Below, in pieces: positions 45,303 to 56,638 of a stretch of DNA of 64,000 bases. This stretch comes from an uncultured Planctomycetota bacterium (GTDB taxonomy: Bacteria > Planctomycetota > Planctomycetia > Isosphaerales > Isosphaeraceae), in contig CAWJTV010000005.1 in the NCBI GenBank assembly GCA_963845755.1, positions 32,001 to 96,000 of the forward strand. Reading direction: 5' to 3'. Positions within the stretch are counted from its first letter, which is position 1; the number at the start of each line of letters is the position of its first letter. The notes under the pieces are model-generated. The model was not told the origin of the DNA, did no database searches, and saw nothing but the letters and a program-made list of their open reading frames with translations. Both the position numbers and the translations under genes were made by a program.

Positions 45303-45469
45303 CACACAACCGGGGTTACGCCCAAGCTCGGCGGCCCGCGCAGCCGGTCCGCTGCATCGCCTCGTTAGAGACGATGTCCGGAGCGACCGGGCAGAAAACT
45401 GTGAGCTGCTGATGGCCGGCTCCTGAGAAGAGGTCGTTCACCAAATCCCTCTCGACCAGGAGTCTCACC

Positions 45470-45705
45470 CTGTCAGCGACCCACGACCTTCATCCTACCA
45501 CCACCGGCTCGAACCCGTTCTACCTCGCGTTCGACCTCGGCTGGATTACCTGGAGCCTCGCTCTCACCACCGCCATGGCCCAGAAGCCTCGGCTCCGGAC
45601 CATCCCCGCTCTCGAACTCGACGGACTGGAGCGGGAGATCCTCTGCGCCCGGCACCGTTTCGCCCTCCCCGGGGACGCCGCCGTCCTCTCCTGCTACGAG
45701 GCCGA
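45470..45705 (+). mobile_element. IS110-family transposase N-terminal remnant
   Basis: FYLAFDLGWITWSLALTTAMAQKPRLRTIPA...RFALPGDAAVLSCYEA matches the start of IS110 DEDD domains; CAGGAG RBS, start codon reads CTG; truncated after CYEA. Confidence 0.75.
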
Positions 45706-45819
45706 CAATACCAGGGGAGCCACTTCCCGATCTCCGTTGCTGAATGCCGGTCGATCGACAACCACTCTCACCAAGGTCTCTCCAACAGTGAGAGGCTCCG
45801 TCCCGGCCGACCATAAACT

Positions 45820-45860
45820 GGGAGGGATGAAGAGGCTCGGAAGGAGCCTCGCCCTCGCAT
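45820..45860. repeat. Degenerate REP-like palindrome
   Basis: GAGGCTCGGAAGGAGCCTCGCCCTC. Confidence 0.4.
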
Positions 45861-46075
45861 TCACGGACGAGGTCGAGGATCAAAGGTCCCGTTAATGATC
45901 TCCAGGCGCGGTTTTCAGACGGATGGGTGCTCTGGTAAGATGGATCTCTCATGGGGATGAGGGAGCCGGCAGCTTGGCTCGACCGAGCGGACAATGGTCC
46001 GGGTCGGGTTCGATGGATTGCCGACGGATGGGATGCTCCATCCCCAGGGCCATCGCCTGCCAGGGAACCGCAATA

Positions 46076-47516
46076 ATGTCCGCCGATGCTCCCTCACCCA
46101 CTACCAAGAAAAAGCTCTATATCGAGACGGTGGGCTGCCAGATGAACTTGCTGGACAGCGAGCTCGTGGTCGCCAAGCTGCGCCAGGAGGGTTACGAGCT
46201 GACGGACGACATCAAGCAGGCCGATGCCATCCTTTATAATACCTGCTCGGTCCGACAGCACGCCGAGGACAAGATCTACAGCGCTCTGGGACGGATCAAG
46301 CGGATCAAGGAGAACAAGCCCGAGGTCGCTATCGGTGTGCTCGGTTGCATGGCGCAGAAGGATCAGGAAGACATCTTCCGGCGCGCTCCCCATGTAGACA
46401 TCGTCGTGGGACCCGGTCAGCTCGCCCGTGTGCCGGAACTGCTGGCAACGGCGCGGGACGAAGGTGCGACAAGACTGGCGGTGAGCCGGGCGCGGCATGA
46501 TGGCTCCCTGGAAGTGGTCACGGCGAGCTTTGAGAGCTACGACGCTGATCGCGAGCCGGCGATGCGCCCGACCCCGTTCCAGGCGTTTGTTCGGGTCATG
46601 ATGGGCTGCGACAAGTTCTGCACCTACTGCATCGTCCCCTCGGTTCGGGGGCCGGAACAGGGGCGATCGCCCGCTGCGATCCTGGCCGAAGCTCGGCTGC
46701 TGGCCGACCAGGGCGTCAAGGAAATCACGCTGCTCGGTCAAACGGTCAACAGCTACCGGTTCCGTCATCCCGACGGCCGGACCTGGCGCCTCTCCGACCT
46801 GCTGGCGGAGATTCACGACGTTCGACGGCATCGAGCGGATCAAGTTCATCACGAACTTCCCCAACGACATGACCGACGACCTGCTCCAGGCGGTTCGGGA
46901 CCTCTCGAAGGTCTCGCGATACCTTCATGTCCCCGCCCAGAGTGGCTGCGACGAGGTCCTCAAGCGGATGAAGCGCATGTACACAGTGGCATCCTACGAG
47001 GAGATGCTCGCTCGGACTCGCGAGACGATTCCGGACGTGGCCGTCTCGAGCGACTTCATCGTCGGTTTCTGCGGCGAGACCGAGCCCTCCTTCGAGCGGA
47101 CCGCCGAGCTGGTGAAACGGTCCCGGTTCAAGAACAGCTTCATCTTCAAGTACAGCGCGCGGCAGGGGACCAAGGCCGATCAGTTGTACGCGGACGATGT
47201 GCCCGAGCCGGTCAAGAAGCGGCGGAACAACGAGCTACTTGCGCTCCAGACGGCGATCAGCCTGGAGGACAACCGGTACTGGATCGGCCGGACGGTCGAG
47301 ATCCTCGTCGAGGGTGCGAGCCGATCGACGACCCGCCGGGAGGGCTGGGACGGCATCGATCAGCTCATCGGCCGGACGGCCTGCGACCGGATCGCGGTCT
47401 TCGCCGGTGCTGAGCGGTTGATCGGCCAGGTGGTGCGGGTGGTTGTGGAGGATGCCAGTGCGGTCACACTGTTCGGTCGGGTGGAAACGACCGAGTGTGT
47501 TGCCACCCCGGCTTGA
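46076..47516 (+). CDS. miaB: tRNA-2-methylthio-N6-dimethylallyladenosine synthase (frame break near 46822)
   Basis: TVGCQMN, NTCSVRQHAE, LGCMAQ, GCDKFCTYCIVP, SDFIVGF, C-terminal TRAM domain. Confidence 0.93.
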
Positions 47517-47528
47517 AGGGGAGAGCCG

Positions 47529-48278
47529 ATGGCCGTCTCGCTCGGGGATCTGGTGAGGTGCTGGATGGCCTGGGGAGGGATCGACGCCCGCCTGGCGCCC
47601 GACCCGGCCGTGCTCGCATCGGGATTTCCGGACGACGGCAACCCCTGCCGTCCCGGAGCCGAGCCCCAGTCGATCGCCGCCTGGGAGGAGCGGCATGGCT
47701 ACGCCCTGCCCGCCGGTCTTCGGGCCTGGCTCATGCTCTCCAACGGCCTCTATCGTAACAGTCCGCTCATTCATCCCATCTCGGCGATCGGGCCCATGAT
47801 CCCGTTCGCGCGCGTGCCCGGGATGATCGTGCAGCCCGAGAGCTGGTTCGAGCTGGGCAATCCCAATCTCCAAACGGTCTGTATCGATCTGGCCTATCAA
47901 CTCCCCGGGGCCGGGAACCCGATCTTCACGTCGGGTGACGATGCCCGCGGCAGCACCCCTCGGATCATCGCGCAAAGCTTCGCGGAATGGTTCCTCGAGC
48001 TGCTGAGGAATGGGGGCCGCGAATACTGGTTCGATCCCGATTTCGAGGACTTCGGTGACCCCTGGGCGTCGCATCGGCGGCATGCCCCGAGTCCCGAGTT
48101 GTGCGATTGGCTTCGGCCATTCGCCGACCGGGTCGGGCCCTTGCTCGACAAAGGAGCCGATGAGCGGGACATCGCGACCCGACTGGGACTCAGCCGGCCA
48201 GACGTCGAGTTGATCTTCCGCCATCTTCAGCATGTCGGGGAGGTGCCGGCGTCTCCGGTGGAGCGGGCCCAGGACTGA
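47529..48278 (+). CDS. SMI1/KNR4 (SUKH) family protein with possible C-terminal HTH
   Basis: PGAEPQSIAAWEERHGYALPAGLRAWLMLSNG...IIAQSFAEWF. Confidence 0.75.
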   Translation: MAVSLGDLVRCWMAWGGIDARLAPDPAVLASGFPDDGNPCRPGAEPQSIAAWEERHGYALPAGLRAWLMLSNGLYRNSPLIHPISAIGPMIPFARVPGMIVQPESWFELGNPNLQTVCIDLAYQLPGAGNPIFTSGDDARGSTPRIIAQSFAEWFLELLRNGGREYWFDPDFEDFGDPWASHRRHAPSPELCDWLRPFADRVGPLLDKGADERDIATRLGLSRPDVELIFRHLQHVGEVPASPVERAQD

Positions 48279-48483
48279 CGCTGTAGCGTAAGGACCTCTG
48301 TGGAGTGGGTGAAACGCACCAAGAAGTGACCCGATCCGGGTGGGTTTCATCCACCTTACACAGGCACCTGGAATAGGACTGACGTTGCGGCGTACGGGTC
48401 TCCGTGGATTGGGTGAAACCGAACAAGACGTGCTCCGATCCTGGTGGGTTTCACCCACCCGACACGGGAAACTTGGACTGACG
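48272..48483. repeat. Two tandem ~100-bp units, each with an inverted REP pair
   Basis: GGACTGACG at 48272, 48376, 48475; each unit has GGGTGAAAC... and GGTGGGTTTCA(T/C)CCACC. Confidence 0.75.
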
Positions 48484-48509
48484 CCTGCAAGGCCAGCATG
48501 AGGGTGGGG

Positions 48510-51500
48510 ATGAACGCGGGTTGGTTCTCGACCTATCACGAGATCCCCGAGCTGGTCCAGAACTGGCTGGCCGGGCTAGGCGTTCGCGACCCGGAGCGGG
48601 GCGCGCGCGATCTTGCCGACCTCACCCGGAGGGCTGGCCTGGCGCATCGGGATCAGGTGGACCGGATCGCCGTTCAGCTCGACACGGTCCTTCCGGGATG
48701 TCCCGACCCGAGCATGGCGCTGACCAATCTCGAGCGGTTCCTCGCCGCCGTTCCCCGGCTCGATCGGACGCTCGCGGAGCTGGCCGGCGATCCACGGACG
48801 ACCGAGATCCTGCTCCAGGTCTTCAGCACCAGCCAGTATTACAGCGAGGTCCTGATCCGCGATCCGGAGCTATTCGACTGGCTCCAGACCGGCGCCGACC
48901 TTCGCGACCGGACCATGCTCGTCGATCAGCTCTGGGAAACGCTGTCCGCCCTGACGGCCGAGGAGGAACAGAAACTGGCCTTGCGCCGGTTCCGACAGCG
49001 CGAGAGTCTCCGCATCGGCTATAACGACATCGTTCGCGGGCTTCCCCCTCGAGTTGATCACGCAGGACCTCTCCCACCTGGCCGATGCCTGCGTGGAAGG
49101 CGCCGTGCGTCTAGCCCGGGCGCGGGCTGAGGCGCGGTTCGGCGAACCGACGACATCGCGGGGCTCGCCCGCTCGGTTCGTCGTCCTGGGCCTGGGAAAG
49201 CTCGGGGGCATCGAGCTGAACTACAGCTCGGACATCGACCTCGTCTTCCTCTACGATGAGGACGGCCAGACCACCGGGCCCAAGGTCATTTCCAACGCCG
49301 AACTTTTCGCGCGGATGGGGAGCGAGGTGGTCCGCCTGCTGGCCGAGCACACCGCGCTGGGGATGGCCTACCGGGTCGACATGCGCCTCCGTCCGGACGG
49401 GGAACAGGGGGCGATGGCCCGCTCGCTCAATGCGACGGTCGACTATTACGTGACCCGAGGGCGGACCTGGGAACGCCAGGCGCTGCTCAAGTGCCGGCCC
49501 ATGGCCGGCGATCTGACGCTGGGCGGGACGTTCCAGGAGGCGATCACCCCGTTCGTTTATCGCCGATACCTTGCCGCGGCCGAGATCGCCGAGATCAAGG
49601 CCCTCAAGCGCCGGATTGAGCAGCGCACCGTCTCGGCCGGCACGGCGGAGGTCGAGGTCAAGACGGGGCGGGGCGGCATCCGCGACGTCGAGTTCGTCGT
49701 CCAGTTCCTCCAGCTCCTCCATGGCGGCGAATACCCCGAGGTACGAGGCGGCAACACGCTCCACGCCATCGCGCAGCTCGAGCGGGTCGGCTGCCTCAGC
49801 GCCGAGGAGCGGTACATCATGGACGACACATACCGGTTCCTGCGGAGGGTCGAACACCGGCTCCAGATCGTCTTCGACCGGCAGACACACGAGATGCCCC
49901 GTGAGATGGAGTCCGTGCGCACACTGGCCCTCCGGATGGGCTACGCGCCGGCCAGTGCCTGGGAGGAGCGGACCGGACCCGCGGTCCGCTTCCTTGGCGA
50001 CTACAAGAGCAAGACCGAGCTGAACCGGCGGATCCTCAATCATCTGTTGCACGATGCCTTCAGCGGCGACGATGGCGCGGCCGCCGACCCGATCGTCAAC
50101 CTCGTACTCGACCCCGATCCCGATCCCGAGCTGATCGTGGAGGTCCTGGCCCGATACCCGTTTCGCGACCAGTCGACGGCTCATCAGAACCTCCTGGCCC
50201 TCGCCCGCGAGGACATTCCGTTCCTGTCCCAGGCGCGTTGCCGGCACTTCCTGGCCGCGATCGCGCCCCGGCTGCTCGACGCCGTCGGCCGCACACCCGA
50301 CCCCGACATGACGCTGACGAACCTGGAGAAGGTGTCGGCATCGCTGGGCGCCAAGGCGGTGCTCTGGGAGCTATTCAACTTCAATCCGCCGAGCCTGCGT
50401 CTGTATGTCGAGCTGTGCGCAACCAGCCAGTTCCTCTCCGAGATCCTGATTAACAACCCCGGCATGATCGACGACCTGGTGGACTCGCTGGTCGTGGACC
50501 GGCCCTCGCCGGGAACGGCGATCGCGGCGGAACTGCAGGAACTTTCCGCGGGGGCGGAGGATCCGGCCCCGATTTTATGGAGCTTCCGGAACAAGGAATG
50601 GGTGCGAATCGGGACCCGCGACATCCTGGGTCGGGAACCGGTCCGCGAGGTGACGCGCGAGCTGGCCGACGTCGCCGAGGCCGTGGTGACCCAGGTGGCG
50701 CGCGACCAATGGGAGCGACGCGGAGCGCTACGGGACGCCACGAGGATCGACCGGCGGCCGCCCCGACCGCTGGGCGATCGTCGGTCTGGGAAAATTCGGC
50801 GGGCGCGAGCTAAACTATCACAGCGACCTGGACCTCGTCTTCCTCCACGAGTCCGACGGAATGACCGCCGGTGGACCTACGTCGATCTCGAACGACCAGT
50901 TCGTCACCGAGGTCGTGCAACGGGTACTCAAGGCCCTGGGGAGCGGCTCGGACTCCGGCCCGTTATATGTCGTCAACGCCCGGATGCGGCCTCACGGTGC
51001 CTCCGGGCCGCTGGTCTTGACCCTCGATGCCTTTCGCGATTACCTCGAGCGTTCGACGCAGCCCTGGGAGCGGATGGCATTCAACCGGGCGCGCGTGGTC
51101 TTCGCGACGGGCGGATTCGGGCGAAAGGTGACCGAGGTCATCCGTTCCATGTTGTCGGCCCCGGCCGATCCCGTGCAACTGGCTGCGCAGGCGCTGGCGA
51201 TGCGCCGGAGACTCGAGTCCTCGCGCCCCCGACGGCATCTGAAGCGCGGGTTCGGCGGTGTGGCGGACATCGAGTTCATCGTCCAGTACCTCCAGCTTGC
51301 CCATGCCGCCACGCTACCGGATCTGCTCCTTCCCAATCTCTGGGACGCACTCGACGCACTGAGGCGCCACGGCCTGATCGGCGACCAGATCCACGCGGAT
51401 CTCCGCGATGCCTACGACTTCCTGCGCGCCGTCGAGGGCCGGCTCAGGCTCATCCAGAATCGCAACGTCGGATCACTCCCCGAGCTCCCCGATGACCTGG

Positions 51501-51676
51501 AGCGCCTGGCTCGCCGGTTCAACGACGAGGACCCGGCCTGCTCCGTCGCGTCGTTCCTGGACGACGTCGATCGCACGACCCATCGCACGCGAGCGATCTT
51601 CGATCAGATTATTACGGCGCAGGCTCAGCAGGCAGTTCGAGCCGTTCCTGGTCAAATGTCCGCCGCGAACCCCTGA
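48510..51676 (+). CDS. glnE: Glutamine synthetase adenylyltransferase (frame breaks near 49045 and 50725)
   Basis: Two nucleotidyltransferase domains: LGKLGGIELNYSSDIDL / GKFGGRELNYHSDLDL; VDMRLRPDG; WERQAL; KTGRGGIRDVEF. Confidence 0.92.
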
Positions 51677-51710
51677 GCGAACGACTTGCCTCTTCAGGAG
51701 CAGCCCGTTG

Positions 51711-54700
51711 ATGAACGAATCCGGCGATCAGCGCAGCCTCATCGATCTACTCGCGGAGGAGTTCCTCGAGCGGAAGCGTCGCGGAGAAGAGCCCTCGGTC
51801 GCCGAGTACGCCGTACGTTTTCCGGAGCTTGGGGACGATATTCGGAAGGTTTTTCGCGCGATCGCCATGATCGAATCGCTCAAGCCGGGGTCGAAGGAGT
51901 CGATCGACGCGATCTCTCCCGTCATACCGGGGGGCCGCGGAGCCATCCCCGAGCGTCTGGGCGATTTCCGCATCCTGCGATTCGTGGCCGAAGGAGGAAT
52001 GGGTTATGTCTTCGAGGCCGAGCAGGAGTCGATGAACCGTCATGTTGCGCCTCAAGGTCCTGAAACCCCAGGCCCATAGTCCGAAGATGCTGGCCCGGTT
52101 TCTCCGCGAGTCGAAGGCGCCGGGCCGTCTGCATCATACGAACATCATTCCGGTTTTCGGCATCGGCGAGTGCGACGGTCTCCACTTCTACGCGATGCAG
52201 TTCATTCACGGCAAATCCCTCGAACGAGTCATCTCCGACCTTCGTCGCCTCCAGAATCGCGACGATGAGACGGTGGCACGAAGCGCCACGGGCTCGGGAG
52301 CCGAGAGATCGTCAACCCTGGCTTCAATCTCTCAAGGACTGAGGACCGGGGTCTTCGGTGGCACCGTGCTGATCGAGGCGTGGCGGCAGAACGGGACTGG
52401 CGCGGACGACTCCGGGTCGGCGGGCCTATCGCCGACTCAGCTTTCCGACGGCGCGATCGCTCGACCAACTGAGGCGGAGAATCACGCCGACCCATCAACA
52501 GCCACGGACCAGTCGGGCTTGAGTTCCTCCGCCCGTGACACGTTTTACAAGAGCGCCGCGCGAATCGGCGAGCAGGCAGCCCGCGCGCTGGGAAGCGCCC
52601 ACCGCAACGGCATCCTCCACCGAGATATCAAGCCATCCAATCTTCTGATCGACCTCCAAGGCAATGTCTGGGTCGCTGACTTCGGACTGGCGTATGAAGA
52701 AGACGCCGAAGACATCTCCCACGGCGACGTTGTCGGAACCCTCCGGTTCATCCCACCCGAGCGGTTCAGGCAAATGTCGTTGCCGCAGGGCGACGTGTAT
52801 TCGCTCGGTCTGACCCTCTACGAGCTCGTCACGCTTGAGCCGGCGTTCCGGAGCAGCCATGCGCGTCACCTGCTGCGGTCGCTGGAGTACGAGCAGCCCA
52901 AACCTCCGCGGGCGATCGATGGGAGAATCCCGAAAGACTTCGAGACGATCATCCTGAAGGCGATCGATAAGGACCCCGCTCGTCGTTACGAGACGGCCGA
53001 CGCGATGGCCGACGATCTGCTCGCGTTCCGTGAGGACCGGGAGATTCGGGGCCGGCGCGTCCGATGGGATGAGAGGCTTGCGCGATGGTGCCGGCGCAAT
53101 CCCGTCATGGCCGTCCTCGCCGCCTCGGTCTTGTTGCTGTTGTCGACGATCGCCGCGGGCATGTCGCTCTCGGTGGTCTGGCTCAGGAAGGAGCGCCAGG
53201 CCACACTCCAGCAGCTCAGCCTGACCCGCGAGGCTGAGGACCTCGGCCACCGCCGCCTGTTGGACTCGCTTCTGGCGCAGGCGCAAGCACGTCGGCGGGG
53301 AGTCGAGGTCGGCCGCAGGTCCCAGAGTCTGGATGCGGTCGCTCGAGCCGGCCGACTCATGCGGGATCTTGGCCTGACCACCGAGAAACAGCTCCTCTTG
53401 CGTAATGAGGCGATCGCCTGCATCGCGCTGGTCGATCTCTTGCCCATTCGAACCCTTCCCGAGCTGCCGGGAGCGGATCGCGGCCCTGGCGGGGAGCTGT
53501 CCGATATCTATCTCCCGTTTGATGCCGATTTCAGTCGCTGCGCCCGCATGATCGAAGATCGATGTCTCGCGATCCTCGACACGACACAGGGGACAGTCTT
53601 GAGGCGGCTGGCAGCACCCCCAGGGATTTTCGCCGGTGGATTCAGTCAAGATGGCCGATATGTCCTGGCTACGGCCTCGGAACCGACCGCGGGACCGACC
53701 CTTGCCGTGTGGGATCTGACCCGGGACGGGTCGGCGCCGACGATCCTCATGGAGCGTTCCGTGATCTCCTGGGCATTTCACCCAGACGGCCATCGGCTGG
53801 CGATCGGCCGGCCACAAGACGGAGTGATTACTCTGCTCGAACTCTCCTCCGGACGCCAGTTGGGCCTGATCGGATCGGGCCCGGCCCCGACGCAAAATGA
53901 GCAGGCGATGGCCTTCTCGCCGGACGGGACGCGTCTCGCCGTGGGGACCGATGAGGGGGAATCCGTTCGGATCTACGACCTCGCGAGCGGCGCCCTCGCG
54001 GACGAGTGGCACGTCGGAACCTCGGTCTCCTCCCTGGCCTGGAGCGACGACGGCCGACTGCTGGCCGCGGGCTGCGACGACCTGCAAATCTATCTCAGAG
54101 ACATGGCCCCCCTGCACGGTGCCCCTCCGGTTGTCGTCTCCACCTTGTCGGGACACAAGAACAACGTGTTCAAGGTGGCGTTCGTCGGCGGGCTCCTCGT
54201 ATCGACGTCACATGACGAGACCGTGCGCATTTGGGATCCGATCCGTGGGGCCGAATTGACCTCTTGTCCGGGTCAGTACTTCCATCGGGGGCCCGACAAG
54301 ACGGTCCTGATCGAAGCACCCTCCTTGAGGTTGAAGTACGAGGTGATGTCGATTGTCGGAGGCGAGTTCCGATGGATTCCGCAGGGGTTGTTCGGCAACC
54401 GGATGGCCCGGCCTTCGGGCATAACGTCCGCAGTGAGCTTCCATCCGAGTGGCGGTTGGCTAGCAACAGCCAACTCGGATGGGGCCAGGCTCTACGACAC
54501 CGAGAAGGGCATCGAAGTCGCCTGCCTGACTGGTAGTGATCCGAAGTTCAGTAGTGTGGCGTTTCACCCCGAGGGCCGTGAATTATTGACCCACGGCGGT
54601 GCCGGGGTTCAGCTCTGGCCGATCCGCATGGAATCCGGTCCGGCGGCAGGCTTACGGGTCGGAGTACCAAGTCTCGTGGCGTCAACAGGTTTTCAGGGTC

Positions 54701-55404
54701 CTTGCAAAGCACCCTACCGCGCCGATGGTCAGGCGCTGGCCTTTGCCGTACCCAGCGAGGGCTGGGTCGGCGTGATTCCCGATGGCAAACCGGATCGTTT
54801 GGTGCGCCTCGGTCCCCATCCGAGGGTCCGGCACGTCAGCCTCAGTACCGATGGGCGTTATGCGGCCACCAGCACCTGGAAGGGTTCCGGTGTCAAGATA
54901 TGGGACCCGCTCGGAGGCTCCCTGCTCCATGAGATCACCAGCCATTCCGCGCGCTGCGAATTCAGCCCGGACGGCCGTTGGCTGGGCACCTCGTTTCATG
55001 GCAAGTACCAGCTATGGCAGGTGGGATCCTGGCGGTCGGGTCCCGTCATCCACAGCGAGGATAGCGACAGCCACGGACCACTGGCGTTTTCACGCGACGG
55101 AACCCTCGTGGCGGTGAGCGTCGATTTTAGCCGCCTGATCAAGCTCGTCCGCCTCGATACGGCCTCCGAGATCGCCACGCTCGAGCCGCCCGACCAGGCC
55201 ACGATTCACGATCTCGCGTTCAGCCCCGATGGCGCCCTGCTCGCCGCAGCGACCAGCGACCACGCCACTCATCTCTGGGACCTTCGTGCCGTTCGTCTCG
55301 AACTGGCACGAATCGGCCTCGACTGGGACCTGCCCCCACACTCCTCCCCGCGCTCGGCCATGACCCTCGGCCCGCGCCGGGTGACGTTCAATCTCAACGA
55401 TTGA
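51711..55404 (+). CDS. Ser/Thr protein kinase with TM segment and WD40 repeats (frame break near 52048)
   Basis: EGGMGYV, HRDIKPSNLL, DFGLA, GTLRFIPPE; many FSPDG/WD repeats; N-terminal LAEEFLER...PEL segment. Confidence 0.9.
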
Positions 55405-55993
55405 TCGGAGGATCGTCCGACACCCTTGCCGAGCCCGATTCCGGTTTGACGGTCCTCAATGCGCGGTAAAGGACATGGCGTCGGAGTGGATGGCCTTCGG
55501 GAAGGAGCGGATGATCGTAATCGTCGGCGGGCGAGTGGGTCATGCCGATCCGCTCCATGACACGCCTCGATCGCAGGTTTGCCGGCACGGTGAATGAGAC
55601 GATCTCATCGAGGGCGAGGTCCTGGAATCCGAATTCGAGAACGGCACGGGCCGCCTCCGTGGCGTAGCCGCGCCCCCAGTGCTCGCGGGCCAACCGCCAG
55701 CCGATCTCCACACACGGCGTGAAGTGCGCCTCGAAGGCCGGCACCGAGAGTCCGACGAAGCCGATGAAGCCGGCGACACCCGGCACTTCCACGGCCCAGA
55801 GTCCGAAACCCCGACGCGCCAAGCCGTCGCGGATTCGGGTTGCCAGGGCATCGCTCTCCGAGCGGTCGAGCGTCTTCGGGAAGAACTCCATCACGTTCGG
55901 GTCGGCATTCATCGCTGCGAAGACCGGTAGGTCCTCATCGCGCCAGGTGCGAAGGTGGAGACGGGTTGTGCGGGGCGTCGAGTCATCTGTCAT
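55394..55993 (-). CDS. GNAT family N-acetyltransferase (RimJ/RimL-like)
   Basis: TTRLHLRTW, EIGWRLAREHWGRGYATEAA, NLRSRRVMERIGM. Confidence 0.9.
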   Translation of the reverse strand: MTDDSTPRTTRLHLRTWRDEDLPVFAAMNADPNVMEFFPKTLDRSESDALATRIRDGLARRGFGLWAVEVPGVAGFIGFVGLSVPAFEAHFTPCVEIGWRLAREHWGRGYATEAARAVLEFGFQDLALDEIVSFTVPANLRSRRVMERIGMTHSPADDYDHPLLPEGHPLRRHVLYRALRTVKPESGSARVSDDPPINR

Positions 55994-56043
55994 CGGTCGC
56001 GATCTCCCGTTTCCTGGCGGAGGGCGTCTTTCGTCAGGGGAAC

Positions 56044-56478
56044 CTGGCGCGGCCTTCGGTCGCTACCAAGAAGGGATTCGGGATTCCGGATTCGAGATTC
56101 GAGATTCCGGATTCGAGATTCGAGATTCGGGATTCGGGATTCGAGAATCGGGATTCGAGAATTCGGGATTCCGGACTCGAGATTCGAGATTCGAGATTCG
56201 AGATTTGGGACTCGAGATTCGGGATTCCGGACTCGAGATTCGGGATTCGAGATTTGGGATTCGAGATTCGGGATTCGAGATTCGGGATTCCGGACTCGAG
56301 ATTCGGGATTCGGGATTCGAGATTCGGGATTCGGGATTCGAGATTCGGGATTCCGGAATTCGGAATTCGGAATTCGGAATCCGGAATTCGGGTTCCGGAT
56401 GAAAAAGGAATAGGGAATCCGGAATCAAGGATTCCCAGTTGTGCGCACGGCGCAGGGATCGTACGGAGATCGGCTCTA
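56044..56478 (+). repeat. Dispersed element copy C with an expanded heptamer array (about 46 units, 56073-56400)
   Basis: GCGGCCTTCGGTCGCTACC head; GAGATTC/GGGATTC/CGGATTC/GGAATTC units; tail GCGCACGGCGCAGGGATCGTACGGAGATCGGCTCTA. Confidence 0.9.
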
Positions 56479-56616
56479 ATGCGGCGATCGGGCCGAAGAG
56501 AATCCGGATTCGCCATTCGCGATTCCAGATGAGCGATGACTCGGGAATCTGGAATCGCGAATCTTGAATCTCCAGGATACGCGCACCGCGCAGGCATCCT
56601 TCGGAGGAATACTCTA
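56476..56616 (+). repeat. Dispersed element copy D, in tandem with copy C
   Basis: CTAATGCGGCGATCGGGCCG head; ATTC/GAATC arms; tail GCGCACCGCGCAGGCATCCTTCGGAGGAATACTCTA. Confidence 0.75.
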
Positions 56617-56638
56617 TCCAAAGTGGCCTGAGAACGCC

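Noticed and set aside
10399..51676. Programmed frameshifting or pseudogenisation of tyrA, purL, purQ, miaB, glnE
   Set aside because: Too many unrelated genes, no shared slippery motif and no other decay; sequencing error is simpler
56073..56400. CRISPR array, or a repeat protein (GFEIRDS/NLESRIP) encoded by the array
   Set aside because: 7-bp tandem units with no spacers and no cas genes; the open frames arise because the heptamers lack stop codons
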